Below, one piece after another: positions 23,146 through 44,707 of a stretch of 64,000 bases of DNA; within the stretch, counting starts at the first letter, position 1, and the number at the start of each line of letters is the position of its first letter. The notes under the pieces are model-generated. The model saw nothing but the letters and a program-made list of their open reading frames with translations, was not told the origin of the DNA and searched no databases. The stretch covers positions 52,059,819 to 52,123,818 of the forward strand of contig NC_068996.1 of the NCBI RefSeq assembly GCF_001194135.2, given 5' to 3'. The position numbers and the translations under genes are program-made. Source of the DNA: Octopus bimaculoides. Lineage: Eukaryota.

Positions 23146-26006
23146 CAATATAAATTAATCCGATTTGTGTGGTACTTTATTTTATCAACATGAGAACAAT
23201 AAAAGAGCAAAACTGATTTTGAAGGGACCTATACTCAAAATATGACAAGAACATAAATTAACACCTAATGATTTAGCTAATGAACCACTTTAATCACTGC
23301 AGAGAATACTTGACAGAATCAATAAGATAACAGCAGTATTTATTTTATTAATGCCAGAGATGTAGAATGACATCTACAAGTGAAATAATGAAAACCATCT
23401 AAACAATGTTTTGTTTCTGCCACCACTTTGCCATTTTTGTCAGAATTGTGCAAGGGGAATGGTTCAATGTGAAAATCCAAATTCCATGGAAAATGAACTG
23501 GTTTGTGTCTAAGTCGATAAAAGAGTTCATTTCAGTTCAACTGTTGTGAGCAATGAAGAATTCCACATTTTAGCTGCTTTCGTTTTGTGTGAGGAGGGAA
23601 AGGAACTGCAAAATGTCAGATTCTTGATTCGTAACAATTAGTCTTACATGAAAAGTAGATAAAATGAGAACCAGTAATTTATTTAGAACTTATTCTATCA
23701 ACTTTCATGGAATTTGTACATAAAATATGAAGAGATAAAATCTAGCTATTTCTCAACAATTTTTTTTTTACCAAAAAGAATGAAAAACTAATTCTTAATT
23801 TAATAATGTAGTACCAAATGATGTTGACACTATATAAATTTTCAGTAGAACAATATTAAAGCTGATTTTGTGATGATCTTTAAGCAAAGCATCTACTCTG
23901 AAATACTATCCCAATCACTTCACCTACAAGAAATAAGTCAATTTTCCCATTTGACAGTTGTGGCAAGAATACCTTTGATCACAAAACCACCTCAATCAAG
24001 ACTAAACAACAAAACAAAAACAAACTTGTGATGGTTAATGTCTCCTCTCACAGCACACAAACTTATTTTACTAATTTCAAAGCATCCAAGTTAGCTGCAA
24101 ACAAAGCGAAAGATTCGTTATTTGCCTCAAAATGACAGGTCATAGATGCAAGAACCAAATATTTTCAAACAGCATCTTTAGACCAAATCATCCAAACAGA
24201 ATCCATATTGTTCTTCAAGTTATATATTGAAATCTGTAAAGCAAAATGTCATTTGGCAATCTATATGAATGTGGTTTCCTTTTTCGCAGTCACTTTCTGT
24301 AAATCCATTCATTTCAACGAGCAATTCCATTTCTTTGAATAACTACAAACCCACTGAATTACATTGTACATATCTGAGCATTTCACATTTCTACACCATT
24401 AATATAATAATGCCCAGACAGAATCAGAGACAAGGCTGATCTTTTTTCAAGTAGAAGTACAATTCATTCGATGGGTCTCTACCCAATTTTACTCACAATG
24501 GTAAAAGAGAATTGAACCCAGGATGCTATGCAGTGGAATTGAACCGGAGATGAAATGATAGCAAAGTGAACCTTTTGACTTGACTCAGTCTCATAATGTA
24601 AGTGAATTGTCATTTCAGATTTAAACATTGTGTTCACCACACTATGCAAATGGCAAAATATAAATTACTAATAGGGCAGCAGAATGATTGTCTGTTGCTC
24701 TACTGCCCAGGCCCTTTGCATTCTGTGCCCAAGATGGATTTACCTGTATATTTTAGACAAGTCATACGATTATTTGAGTCACCCTGTGTACCTCAGACAC
24801 AATCAACTACACAAGTTAACCAGATCAACCTCAACAAGTACAGCTATTACTTTGAAATTTGACTTGCTTAGTTTCAGGAAACTTTAAGAACTACAAGTCT
24901 ATATTTTTTTTCTAAATATTGAATAGATTAAGAAAGGACTATTTGATAATTTGCAACAAGAGACAAACCAAACTAACTGGAATGAATATCAAAACATGGA
25001 AAGAAAAATCCACCACAACCCTAAAAACAAACAAACAAGAAAAAACCAATGTTAACAGGATTGATAAAATGAAAAGCAAAGTCAAACCTGACAATATCTG
25101 CAGTTCAAACATTAAGGGACATAAAGCAATTGTTTTGTCATGCTATTGATTTCCAACATAAGAGCAAAAAACCACAAGTTTTTAGTGGTAGGGAACAGGT
25201 GATTACCTTCCATCTTTCCTGGGTTGGTTTTAAAGCTGACCTCAGAAGAGATGCAAGTAAATACTGGCACTACCAACTCTGCTGCCATCAGTTTAAAAGA
25301 TATGGCCGGGTAAAACCTGGAGTAAATTTAATAAAACTACAAATTTACATGGTATCAAATCTTCAACAGAATTAAAAAAAAAAAAATTTTTTTTAAGGAG
25401 ACAAGAAAAATGAGATCATAGTTTACTTGCCACTAATTCTTATGGAAGTGCAGAGTGTTTTAACATCTAGTCATCACTATATACTTTTTGAAGGGTACCC
25501 AACTATAAACTAAAAAAGCCAAAAAAATTCCTTGGAAACAGGCTTCCAGATCTGCTCATCTAAGGGGACCAAGCAACTCTGAATAAAAACTAATACAAGG
25601 TAGAAAGGACAAGTTCTTTAATGTTAGTGGTGTAGTGGTGAAAATGCACCCAATCCACGAGCATTTAATGATTAGAAAAACTGACATATACAACAAAGAC
25701 TGATGGTTTTCTGTTGCTGCATGCTCGATGACTAAAGACTAATGAGTTATACTATTGGGAAACCAGTCTAAAGCATACCAGCATGGAAAAAAAATCTCTG
25801 GACAATAAATAAATCTGAAGCTAGTTCATGAAAATAGATAACCAAACCATTAATTGTGCTACCAAGCTGACACATGACTATGAAATAACACTCAGTTGAT
25901 TTGGATCTAACAACAAATTATACATTGATCAGATGAGCTAAAGTTGAATTTAATTTTACTAATACTCCGAGGACTGCAGTTTGTAAAACGTAGATACATA
26001 CATTAA

Positions 26007-26224
26007 TTAACCCTTTCGTTACCAACACGGCTGAAACCAGCTCTGGCTTTGTAGTACAAATGTCTTGTCTTCATAAGTTTTGAATTGAAATCTTCCACCA
26101 AACAAACCTTAGTCACAATTTGTTCCCAGCACTAGCTTAATGATAACTAAATTCTTTGTTATATTTAAAGTATTTGAAAGAAGCAGAGAGCATCTCAACA
26201 GAAATACAGTAACAAAAGGGTCAA
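26007..26224. mobile_element. piggyBac-like MITE
   Basis: TTAA-CCCTTTCGTTAC ... GTAACAAAAGGG-TCAA. Confidence 0.7.
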
Positions 26225-27599
26225 GATGTGTTAAGTAATTAGGCAAGACCATTATTAAATAAAGCAATTTAAAGATAATGTTATGCTTAAAAAATTTTAA
26301 TGAAAAAAAATTGGAAGCTCAAAAGCAAAATCAGAATTAGATCAGCTTGTAACAATTACATGTTCACAACTTGAATTATTGGCTACTTCTCCGAGTTTTT
26401 CAGTACATATCTCACTCACAAGAGGTACATTGTACTATAAAGGTATCTACCACTTGTTCTGTTTTACCCTTACAAAACTCACTTTTTAAGATGCTTATTT
26501 CACTTAGTAATAGAGATCAACACCAGCAGAGTACCACTAACAGTTACGTTTGGCAGTCTGTGCAAATATAACTGAATACTCTTACATTACAGAGAGAAAT
26601 AGTGAAAAATTGTCCTCAAAATAATTTCTGAAAAGAGTGAAAGCCTAAAACCATGTCCTTTGGAGTCAGAATTCAACAGCATTAAGCAAGTTTCTTTTGA
26701 AGCCAAGAAGGATGGCTAATTATTTCTCCAGAAAATTGTGCGCTGCAACTGTCACTTCATCAACTGATATAACATTCAGTTAAATAATTACAATTGTTAA
26801 ATTGACATTGTAAGCTAACTAAATAGTAAAAAACCAATGTCTCTCTGAGATGAAGTGACATTTATATAGCAAACTATTTAAAAGTCTAGCGAATATAATT
26901 TGCAACATCTCTGCTCATGCCAATGTATTTTGGGGGTCATTTTTTTTTTATAGCACAACCCCGATTTAAGCAGGCATACAATCAAAGTCTTTCTCACTGT
27001 AAACATCTATTTTTTTTTAAAGAGTCTTGTCCACAATATGATTAGGTTTCATGTACATCTTAACTTGCATATCTTAGCTGATCGAATATTGCTAGCTTAA
27101 TTTTTAGTTTGCATCAGTGAACCAAGTATGATTCTAAAAGAGTCACTTGGCATTTTTACTATAGCTAAGCAGTTTTATCAATCTAAATATCCAGATATAA
27201 TTCTAATACTATTAAATTCAGCATAACTAATCAGTATGGATATTTGACATGACAGATTTTAATCAAATTAAATTCTGAAATTATGAACCAATTTTTAAAA
27301 TTGATTTCATAATTCATTTACTGCCAAGTTCACTGGATAATCAACAGCATCAATGGAATTTTTTTAACAGAAAGGAAGAGAAAAAAGCTATATTTCAGTT
27401 ACAAGTTGCATATCAAAAGAACATAGTTAATCTATTTCACCACAATAAATATACAAACATGGAATTAAAAATTTCTATTAATCAAGTCCAAATAATTATA
27501 TTTTAAAAAATTCTTCATTGATAAATGGAGAGATATACCCTACGAGAAAAAACAATTAGTTATGTGGTGAAAGAGTTAACTATTAAAAAATACCACAAC

Positions 27600-28195
27600 C
27601 TGAATATTTGAAATTAGAATGATAATCTTTATTTAAAATGTTGGCAAAGAAAGTTTTGGAATGATTTTAGTACTATATTGACCAATATGGTTATATTATC
27701 TTCAATGAAATAAAATTTCATAGAGACTAAGAGAAATTCAAAGAAAATTAAACTACTGGTAAGTATCGCATTTATTAACTGTAAAGAAAACGTCATTATA
27801 ATTAACCAGTGCATGGATGTAAAAGCAGTTTTGGTATTAATTTCTTTATGGCCAACTATGCAGCATTTTCTTTGGAACAAATACCATTTTTCAAGTAAAT
27901 TACATTCTAATGAGAAATATAAAATATGGCAAGAAATTAACAAGTGTGATCAAAAGCTGAAACAGTTATAAACTTCTTCCAGTCAAAAATTTAATTTGTA
28001 TGTAAACAGCAATCTTGAGGTTTTCAAAATTGAGAAATTTATTTTTCTTTAAATACATATGTACTTTTTGGTTTTTGTTTTTCAGCAAATTACTGAAATA
28101 CAAATGATTAGGGCGAAAATAGAAATAAATAAAGTGAAATAAAGAAGAAAATTCTAAAATTTGTAAGTGTCGAGAGAGAGAGAGAGGGGGGGAGG

Positions 28196-28279
<84 letters not shown>

Positions 28280-28545
28280 AAACTGTTAACCACTGGTATT
28301 AAATTTCTGGTCCCAATCACAAGGTTTGCTATTATACATTTTGACAATAGAATAACAAATAGCATGTAATATTTAAATTATTTATTTTTCCAAACTTAGA
28401 ATCACTAATAATCCTTTCAAACAGAATAAAATATAAATATAGTTTTAATTTCCTTAATTCCTTATTGCATACTCAGAATTAGAGACTTTTCAATAATTTC
28501 AATTACTTTCTAAGAGAAACATTTAATTTGAGGTCTGAAGCAAGG

Positions 28546-28589
<44 letters not shown>

Positions 28590-28752
28590 NNNNNNNNNNN
28601 NNNNNNNNNNNNNNNNNNNNNNNNNNNNNNNNNNNNNNNNNNNNNNNNNNNNNNNNNNNNNNNNNNNNNNNNNNNNNNNNNNNNNNNNNNNNNNNNNNNN
28701 NNNNNNNNNNNNNNNNNNNNNNNNNNNNNNNNNNNNNNNNNNNNNNNNNNNN

Positions 28753-28790
<38 letters not shown>

Positions 28791-29175
28791 GGGAGGGGGA
28801 ACTAATTAATATGCAGAACTATTTTAATTTGTGTTAACTCAACATTAAAATGTCAAACACAAAGAGACAAATATCTATACAATTTCTTCAAGTCTTAAAA
28901 AATGGTCATCTACTCAAAATTTGCACATGTAATTTTATTTTTCATAGATATTGTGAAAGTTTGTGGGTAGCAATAAACAGAATAAAACCATCTGAATGAA
29001 TGCAGAAAGCAAGATGAAATGTTCATTTCAAGAATGGATACTTCTTTAACAACTTGATGAAATAGGAAAAGCTGGCAAAAAATTAAACTGAACAGGCACT
29101 TCCAACAGACATTCCAAGTTTGGATGAAAAGTCAATTTCTCCTTAACCATTGTGGCGTAATATGATAAATCAGAG

Positions 29176-29221
<46 letters not shown>

Positions 29222-29416
29222 AACAAAACAAAAGATTGTTAGGAAAAGGTCCCTCTCGACAAAGTTATTAGATTGCATTTATATTTTCATGTCTCCCCAA
29301 CTATGTATAAATTTACAATGATTGTTTGGGTTGTCTGTAGCTTGTTCAATCGTTTTGAAGCCTCAATTCGCCTTGCCTTCATGTTTTCATTTTTTTTCCG
29401 CAAGTTTTCCTTTTTC
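27600..29416 (-). other. Probable Rab1 3' UTR (distal end not determinable)
   Basis: AT-rich, TE-free sequence after the stop codon, with a 44-nt U tract, (UA)n and (CU)n tracts and several minus-strand AATAAA hexamers (near 28937, 28380, 28040, 27770, 27630). The true cleavage site needs transcript data. Confidence 0.45.
28172..28278. repeat. (AG)n microsatellite
   Basis: Directly visible. Confidence 0.95.
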
Positions 29417-36941
<7,525 letters not shown>

Positions 36942-37166
36942 TTTTCGTGAAAGCATTCAATGGAACAAATATTTTTGTTTGGTGTTTTGTTTAGACCAAC
37001 GTAAAGGATAAAGAGGCTGTGAGAAGTGGTGGTGATTCGAGTGGCGATACGCTATTATTGCTGCATATACTACAGCTTACTCTCGATAATGGACACTACT
37101 ATCACTGAGTAGGTACGTGTATATATATATATACATATATATATCTATATAGAAGTATATATATAA

Positions 37167-37200
<34 letters not shown>

Positions 37201-37372
37201 TTCTGCTTTCTGGATGTATGTGACAAGACTATCACCTACGGGAACGGTTCTACAGTGCCAATCTAGCTTGTTTTCTATGCTATATTATAGCACACACAGT
37301 TCTTCCCGTTCAGGTTAGTTGGCTTAAAAAACAAAGATGGCTTCCTGTTCCACAATGAAATAATGTAAGCTA

Positions 37373-37380
37373 TGACGTCA
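37373..37380. promoter_or_regulatory. Palindromic CRE/ATF site TGACGTCA upstream of Rab1
   Basis: Perfect TGACGTCA about 430 bp upstream of the Rab1 ATG, in a locally CpG-containing stretch. Confidence 0.55.
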
Positions 37381-37387
37381 CTGCTCG

Positions 37388-37395
37388 ACGTGGCA
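37388..37395 (-). promoter_or_regulatory. CREB3/CrebA/XBP1-type site TGCCACGT
   Basis: ACGTGGCA on plus equals TGCCACGT on the Rab1 strand, 8 bp from the CRE. Confidence 0.5.
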
Positions 37396-39818
37396 TCACG
37401 AGACATTTAACATAAAACTGTGGGGAGAGAGTAAGAGGAAGTAATCAGAGATAGTGGCTTGACTAATGACAAGAGCAGCAATAGCAGTAAACATAAGAAA
37501 GAGAGTACTAGTGAGTTGATGTAAAAACTTTCACATAGACACACACGCACACACCGAAACGAAATCAATGCCCAATGCACAGGTGTTCATTTCAGCTTGT
37601 CATCTTCCTAACGAAACCATGAGGGAAATATTTCTAAAATCTTCAAGAACCGATCATTTGGGTATTGAAGCAATTACACCTTCGTTAACCAAAAGGTTGA
37701 AAGAAATTTAAACCTTAATCAATCTTTCCCCATCTAATCCCTATATTTAATTTTAGCAATTTATTAAGTTGATTGATACTTTTTCATCAGCACTATACTT
37801 TATATAATCATTAGAAAAAGAATAACTTTCTCTTCAACGAAACCTTAAAATATTGAGGCATTCTTTCTGGAGAAGCGAATCAAACTTTCCAGGAATTAAA
37901 TATAATTACATCTAATTAGCTAACGATTATTTATACCACTTTCTATCAAAGTTATGAAACATTTTAAAGATAATTTCTTCAAAATATTATTTAGCTAATT
38001 TTTATTTAGTATTATTATTATTTTTTTAAAAATTGACTTTTTAAAAAACTTGCATTGTTTCTGTTTAACCAGGTGATACTTTCATCCCATGTATTTTGGT
38101 TTTTGATCATCACAGTAGACCCAACACAAATCCCATTATTCTCTACATCGACCCTAATGAATTGTCAGTGTTCATGAGACAATCGTTTGTTTTCCTTCTA
38201 CCCATATTTCTGGCAAATCTTTTTTCGTAATTCTATTTTATTACAAAGACCATTTTATAAAAGGATAAAAAAAATTACACGAAGCTTTCAGTTTTCCTTC
38301 CGATTTATATCATCTGAGCTATTGACTTTAATTTCTCAGATCATAGTTCGTCCAATGTAGCAGCTTGTCAGATTCACACTACTACATGTAGTGCAGTCTA
38401 CTGAAAGACAACTCGGTCCACTCCAGTTTTTGCTGGCCACTCATCTTTACTGTTTACATTCTACTGTTACACCATACCACCTATATAAACGGTATGCAAC
38501 AATCCACTGAAAGGTTTCTTTGGTGCAAATAGCATAAGTTTAAGCCTCTCACTTCATATACAACTTTCTACCGCAGTACCTGTGTAATCGATCGAAACAA
38601 AATGTGCCCAGAATACCTTTAAAAAGATGGGATAGTCACAGCTGGAATGCCTCTGATCAGAGGTTAAACAACACCCCCACCTGTTGTTTGATTAGGTAAT
38701 TAGTCACACTTGTTAACTAGTTGTGACTATATTAATGAGGATTTTATAAGAAACACATTATTTTACTAGTAGTCCGGTTCGCTAAACAATTAGTTCAAAT
38801 CATTGTAGCCTGCACAATCATTTAGAACTTTGAGAGTTGTCTGTTGATAATTATACCACTCTGACCAAGTGATGGTTTTGACCCTTGTAGTGTTCTTGGA
38901 AAAGGCAAGGTTGTTACTCATATCTCTTAAGAAATAACATTTAAACGACCTGTCCCAATCACTTTTACGAAAACACTTGGGTCTCATATTTTGAAGCGAA
39001 AAAATAAAGGGAAGGGTTGAGTATTTTCATTTAATACGTCGCATTCTATCAGAAACAACAGCTAAATCTATCTTAAATGACCATCCTACCATCTTATACA
39101 AAGATAGGATATAGATAACGTATTCCCAAAAGGATTAGAGAAATTAGAAAGATTGCTTTGGTTCAATAGCAGAATGTATATCGTGTTTGCAGTTGTAGAT
39201 TGTGGGTTCAAGTTCCACTGGCAACTTTCGATCTTTTCTATCCATAGGGCTTTTTAACTCCGCTTTATTTACTTCGAGATCCATCTTTCTAATATATAAA
39301 TATATGTATATTTTAATATTTCGCTTAGGCATCACGATACTAATAGCCTGATGTAGAACTCAATATACATATGGTTCAGAACGAAGCGTCAGTCGAGTAC
39401 AGGGCTGTAATAAGAAATTGAGATGACAAAGGAATAGACAATTATCTTGTGAATTTCCTTACAGTGGTTTCATAGTTGAGTACTCGATTATCACTTTATA
39501 GCTTTATCAGATCCTCAAACATGAAGTGCAATTTATTTGCGAAAACATTTTCATTTATGTATATACACAGAAAAGCATTAACCACGTATGTGGGGTATGG
39601 AATCCAGGAGGTCTTCCCATAATCAGAATAAGATTACTTTTAAAGTGTGTATAAGAATAGATATACTAAGATGTAGAGAAACAGTAATAAGAAGTATCAG
39701 TAAAAATATGTGTACACACACTCACGCACACACATACACACACATACTCCGCTGCATCGTATAGCAGAAACAGCTGTAAGCTAAAGTAGTTCACAAGATA
39801 ACCGTTTATCCCTTTGTC

Positions 39819-39938
<120 letters not shown>

Positions 39939-40294
39939 CATACAGGCTTCCACACTGTTTCCATCTACCAAATTTCAAATCGCAAAAGCATGTCTGGACT
40001 ATTTGACATATGCGATCTTCGTAAATAAACGGCTTATTCATGTGGAATTATTTGTTTCCAATTTGCAGAGAACATACCTGGCCTGTTTCTTGTTGGACAC
40101 ACTGGGGGATTATTACATCACTTGGAAACAAACGGGGGTCAGAGACAGCAAGGGCATCCATCCAATAAAAACACTACCCCAATATACTCTCATCTGACCC
40201 ATGCAAGCATGGAAAAGTACATGATGAACATACATACATGCATACATACATACATACATACACATACACATGCATACATACATATCTTTTATTT

Positions 40295-40480
40295 TTTTAC
40301 TTGTTTCAGTCACTAGACTGGAGCCATGCTGGGGTACCACCTTAGAGCCCAGCACTTATTCTTTAAAGCCTGGTACTTATTCTATTGGACTCCTTTTGCT
40401 GAACCACTAGGTAACTGGGATCCAAACACACCAACACCAGTTGTCAAGCAGTGGTGGGAGGCAAACAGACACACACACAT
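40295..40480 (-). mobile_element. SINE third-family tail fragment
   Basis: TTTTACTTGTTTCAGTCA..GCCATGCTGGGGTACC... on plus. Confidence 0.65.
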
Positions 40481-40508
40481 AGTTATGTGCATATATATAT
40501 ATATATAT

Positions 40509-42637
40509 CATCATCATCATTATCATCGTTTAACGTCAGCTTTCCATGCTAGCATGGGTTGAACGATTTGACTGAGGACTGGCGAACCAGATGGCTACAC
40601 CAGGCTCCAATCTAATTTGGCAGAGTTTCTACAGCTGGATGCCCTTCCTAACGCCAACCACTCAGAGAGTGTAGTTGGTACTTTTTACGTACCACTGGCA
40701 CAAAGGCCAGTCAGGCAGTACTGGCAACGGCCACACTCAAATGGTGTTTTTTACGTGCCACCTGCACAGGAGCCAGTCCAGCGGCACTGGCAACGAGCTT
40801 GCTCGAATGTTTTCTAACGTGCCAGGAAGGCGACGCTGATAACGATCACGCTCAAATGGTGCTATTTATGTGCCATTGGCATGGAAGCCAGACAGCTGCT
40901 CTGGCAACGATCACGCTTGGACAGTGCTCTTAGTGATTTACTGGTACAGGTCCCATCACGATTTCGATTTCACTTGCCCCAACAGGTCTTCGCAAGTCGA
41001 GTTTAGTATCCAATGAAGGAGAGGTTGGTATGGGTGCCAGTCATCAAATTTGGTTTCATTTCAATTTCACTTGCCTCAACAGGTCTTCGCAAGCAGAATT
41101 TAGTATCCATTGAAGGAAAGGTACACATAAGTGGGCTGGCTACACCACTGGCAGAGGCCTCGGATTATGGTCTCACGCACAGTATATATCCAAAGGTCTC
41201 AGTCACAAGTCATTGCCTCGGTGAGGCCTAATGTTCGATGGTTGTGCTTCACCATCTCATCCCAGGTCTTCCTGGGTCTATCTCTTCCACAGGTTCCTTC
41301 AACTGCTAGGGTGTGACACTTTTTCACACAGCTATCCTTTGTCGCCAGTAGAGGTAAGAGCTCTCTGAACTTTGCCCAGGCTATTCTTATACTAGCAGCT
41401 ACACTTTCAGCGCACCCTCCCCCACTACTAACTTGGTCACCCAGATAGCAGAAGCTATCAACTACTTGTAGTTTTTCTCCCTGGAATGTGGCAGAAGTTG
41501 TTTTCTGCACATTTTCAGTGTATATTGCACCTGAACATCTGCCACATACAAAAACTAACTTCCCAGTTAGGCCCCCCCACCCTTTGATATTGNNNNNNNN
41601 NNNNNNNNNNNNNNNNNNNNNNNNNNNNNNNNNNNNNNNNNNNNNNNNNNNNNNNNNNNNNNNNNNNNNNNNNNNNNNNNNNNNNNNNNNNNNNNNNNNN
41701 NNNNNNNNNNNNNNNNNNNNNNNNNNNNNNNNNNNNNNNNNNNNNNNNNNNNNNNNNNNNNNNNNNNNNNNNNNNNNNNNNNNNNNNNNNNNNNNNNNNN
41801 NNNNNNNNNNNNNNNNNNNNNNNNNNNNNNNNNNNNNNNNNNNNNNNNNNNNNNNNNNNNNNNNNNNNNNNNNNNNNNNNNNNNNNNNNNNNNNNNNNNN
41901 NNNNNNNNNNNNNNNNNNNNNNNNNNNNNNNNNNNNNNNNNNNNNNNNNNNNNNNNNNNNNNNNNNNNNNNNNNNNNNNNNNNNNNNNNNNNNNNNNNNN
42001 NNNNNNNNNNNNNNNNNNNNNNNNNNNNNNNNNNNNNNNNNNNNNNNNNNNNNNNNNNNNNNNNNNNNNNNNNNNNNNNNNNNNNNNNNNNNNNNNNNNN
42101 NNNNNNNNNNNNNNNNNNNNNNNNNNNNNNNNNNNNNNNNNNNNNNNNNNNNNNNNNNNNNNNNNNNNNNNNNNNNNNNNNNNNNNNNNNNNNNNNNNNN
42201 NNNNNNNNNNNNNNNNNNNNNNNNNNNNNNNNNNNNNNNNNNNNNNNNNNNNNNNNNNNNNNNNNNNNNNNNNNNNNNNNNNNNNNNNNNNNNNNNNNNN
42301 NNNNNNNNNNNNNNNNNNNNNNNNNNNNNNNNNNNNNNNNNNNNNNNNNNNGACTCGCTCCCTAAGCAGTTGAGCTATAACCCTCTCCGTGACTTTCATT
42401 ACCTGATCTAAAAGCTTGATACCTCTGTAATTATTTGTATCTAAAGCTTGACCTTTACCTTTGTAGCAGTTGACTATGGTGCTGCTACACCAGTCATTGG
42501 GTATGACTCCTTCGTGTTTCACCTGGTTAACAATACGGATGACTAGGCTATAGCCGACACTGCCAGATATTTTGAGCATCTCTGCAGTGATTCCTGATGG
42601 GCCAGGGTCTTTCCCTGTCTTCATACTCTTAATTGCT
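40509..42637 (-). mobile_element. Young 5'-truncated RTE LINE with about 700-bp 3' UTR and (GAT)n tail (N gap 41593-42350)
   Basis: MKTGKDPGPSGITAEMLK...NYRGIKLLDQV; VVDSFCYLGDQV...GRDRPRKTWDEMVK; a deletion near 41340. Confidence 0.92.
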
Positions 42638-42649
42638 ATGATGGTCTCC

Positions 42650-42805
42650 TTTCAGTTTCTGTCTACCAAATCCAATCACAAGGCCTTGGTCAGCCCGAGG
42701 CTATAACAGAAGATATTTGCCCTAGTTACCACAGAATGGGACTGAACACTGAACCACGTGGCTGGGAAACAAGCTTCTTATCACACAGTCACGTCTGGGC
42801 CTATG
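42650..42805 (-). mobile_element. SINE third-family head fragment
   Basis: Reverse complement of the 12255 head. Confidence 0.7.
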
Positions 42806-43679
42806 TATATTTCATTTAGGCACAGTGTTAGAATGTTAGTACTTGGTATACATATGCTTCAAAGAAACGCTTTACTCAAGTACAGAGCGTAAGAAGAGAT
42901 TATATAAATGACAAGAGAATAAGGAATTATGATGCTATGAACTTCATTAGCTTACAGCTGTTTCTGCTACAGGATACAATGCACTCATAGATGAATGTTT
43001 GTGTATGACCTTATAGCTTCAGAGCTTCAAAAAAAATATATATAGTTATTATATATATATGATAACTCACACACACAAAAAGAAAATAATCGCACTCACC
43101 TCTCTCTCTCATTTGAAAAATTTACATTTTTTAGAACTTTCCACAGCATTTGATTTGTGCAAAGATAACACATTGATTATTTCTATGGATGCTAATGGAT
43201 AACACAAGGAAATACATTATCTAGATTTTCAAGTCATTTGCATATAACAGTGCATTAGAAACTAACTTAACAATAGTTAATACCTCAGATGTGATACTTG
43301 TTTTTGGTACTGTCTCTTACACACCTTACAAATGAGAAGTGCACATTAACAGTAGATTTTTACCATCTTGCTTTGAATTATAAGAACCTAGTTAAGGAAG
43401 GAAGTAAAAGGATCAAGGATCTATCCTTGAATAAGAAGATCTTTGACAAGTCATGCCCCTCCAACCTCTAATTACTACAAAGCTAGAGTCCATCATATAT
43501 GAGGCTAAAGTCAAGCCCAAAGGGCTGAATGACGCATCCAGTATAAAGCACAATATCAGATTAACAGAGAGTCTCTTCACGGAACGACTGCACAACCAGT
43601 CTGCATCCGTCAAGAGTTTTGAAAAGTGGAATATCACTACATTGGTCAAGTGCATATAATGTATACTTATTGAAGGAAA

Positions 43680-43862
43680 GTGTGCCTGTAAATCAAAGGG
43701 TCAGCCTTGTCACACTGTGTCACGCTGAATATCCCTGAGAACTATGTTAAGGGTACACGTGTCTGTGGAGTGCTCAGCCACTTGCATGTTAATTTCACGA
43801 ACAGGCTGTTCCGTTGATCGGATCAACTGGAACCCTCAACGTCGTAAGTGACGGAGTGCCAA
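43680..43862 (+). mobile_element. 3' half of the second SINE family
   Basis: Matches 7436-7590. Confidence 0.75.
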
Positions 43863-44242
43863 GAATTGAAGGAAAAGGTTTGAAACTATGGTATGAAATA
43901 GAGATTGTGAGAGAAATGCAAGCCTTACAACAATAGCAGCAGAAAATGTAGATTGTGTTTACCAAAGACGTGATAAATACTTAAGAACTACCTCATTATT
44001 TGCATGATGGGAGGGGTGAAGTATATCCCAATATATTGATCTAAGTGGATTTTTGGGGATTCTTTTTGTCTTGAGCTACATTCCCAAGTTCGTCTTTATT
44101 TGGCAAGGAAACTAATTTTTCAGTCCTTAACAATGTCTACACACACACATTTGCACATATATATACATATATATATGCATATATACATATATATATGTAT
44201 GTATGTATACATACACACATACACACACACACACACACACAT

Positions 44243-44396
44243 GTGGATGTGTGATAAGAAGTTTACTTTCCAACCACATGGTTTGGGTTCAGTCCCACTG
44301 CATGACACCTTGGGCAAATGTTTTCTACAATAACTTTGGGCCTACCAAAGCCTTGTGAGTGGATTTGGTAAGTGGAAACCGAAAGAACCCCCCATA

Positions 44397-44460
<64 letters not shown>

Positions 44461-44668
44461 TGTGTGTCTGTGTTTGTCCTCCTTTTTGACAACTGTCAGT
44501 ATGTTTACAACCCTGTAACTTAATAGTTCAGCAAAAAGAGACTGAATAAATACCAGGCTTAAAAACTAGAAAAATAAGTATTGGGGTTGATTCATTCAAC
44601 TAAAACCCTTTAAGGTGGTGCCCCAGCATGGCCACAGGCCAAAGACTAAAACAAGTAAAGTCTAAAAG
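44243..44668 (+). mobile_element. SINE, third family, with internal microsatellite
   Basis: Colinear with 12255-12676. Confidence 0.8.
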
Positions 44669-44707
44669 ATATATAAGCACATGCATACATACATACATAT
44701 ATATACA

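Noticed and set aside
37337-37363. ATGGCTTCC... as the start of a divergent plus-strand gene
   Set aside because: In-frame TAA after 8 codons and no downstream coding exons recognised.
39346-39400. Possible additional hammerhead (CTGATGT...GAAGCGTC)
   Set aside because: Both conserved core boxes are altered and stem I cannot be formed convincingly.
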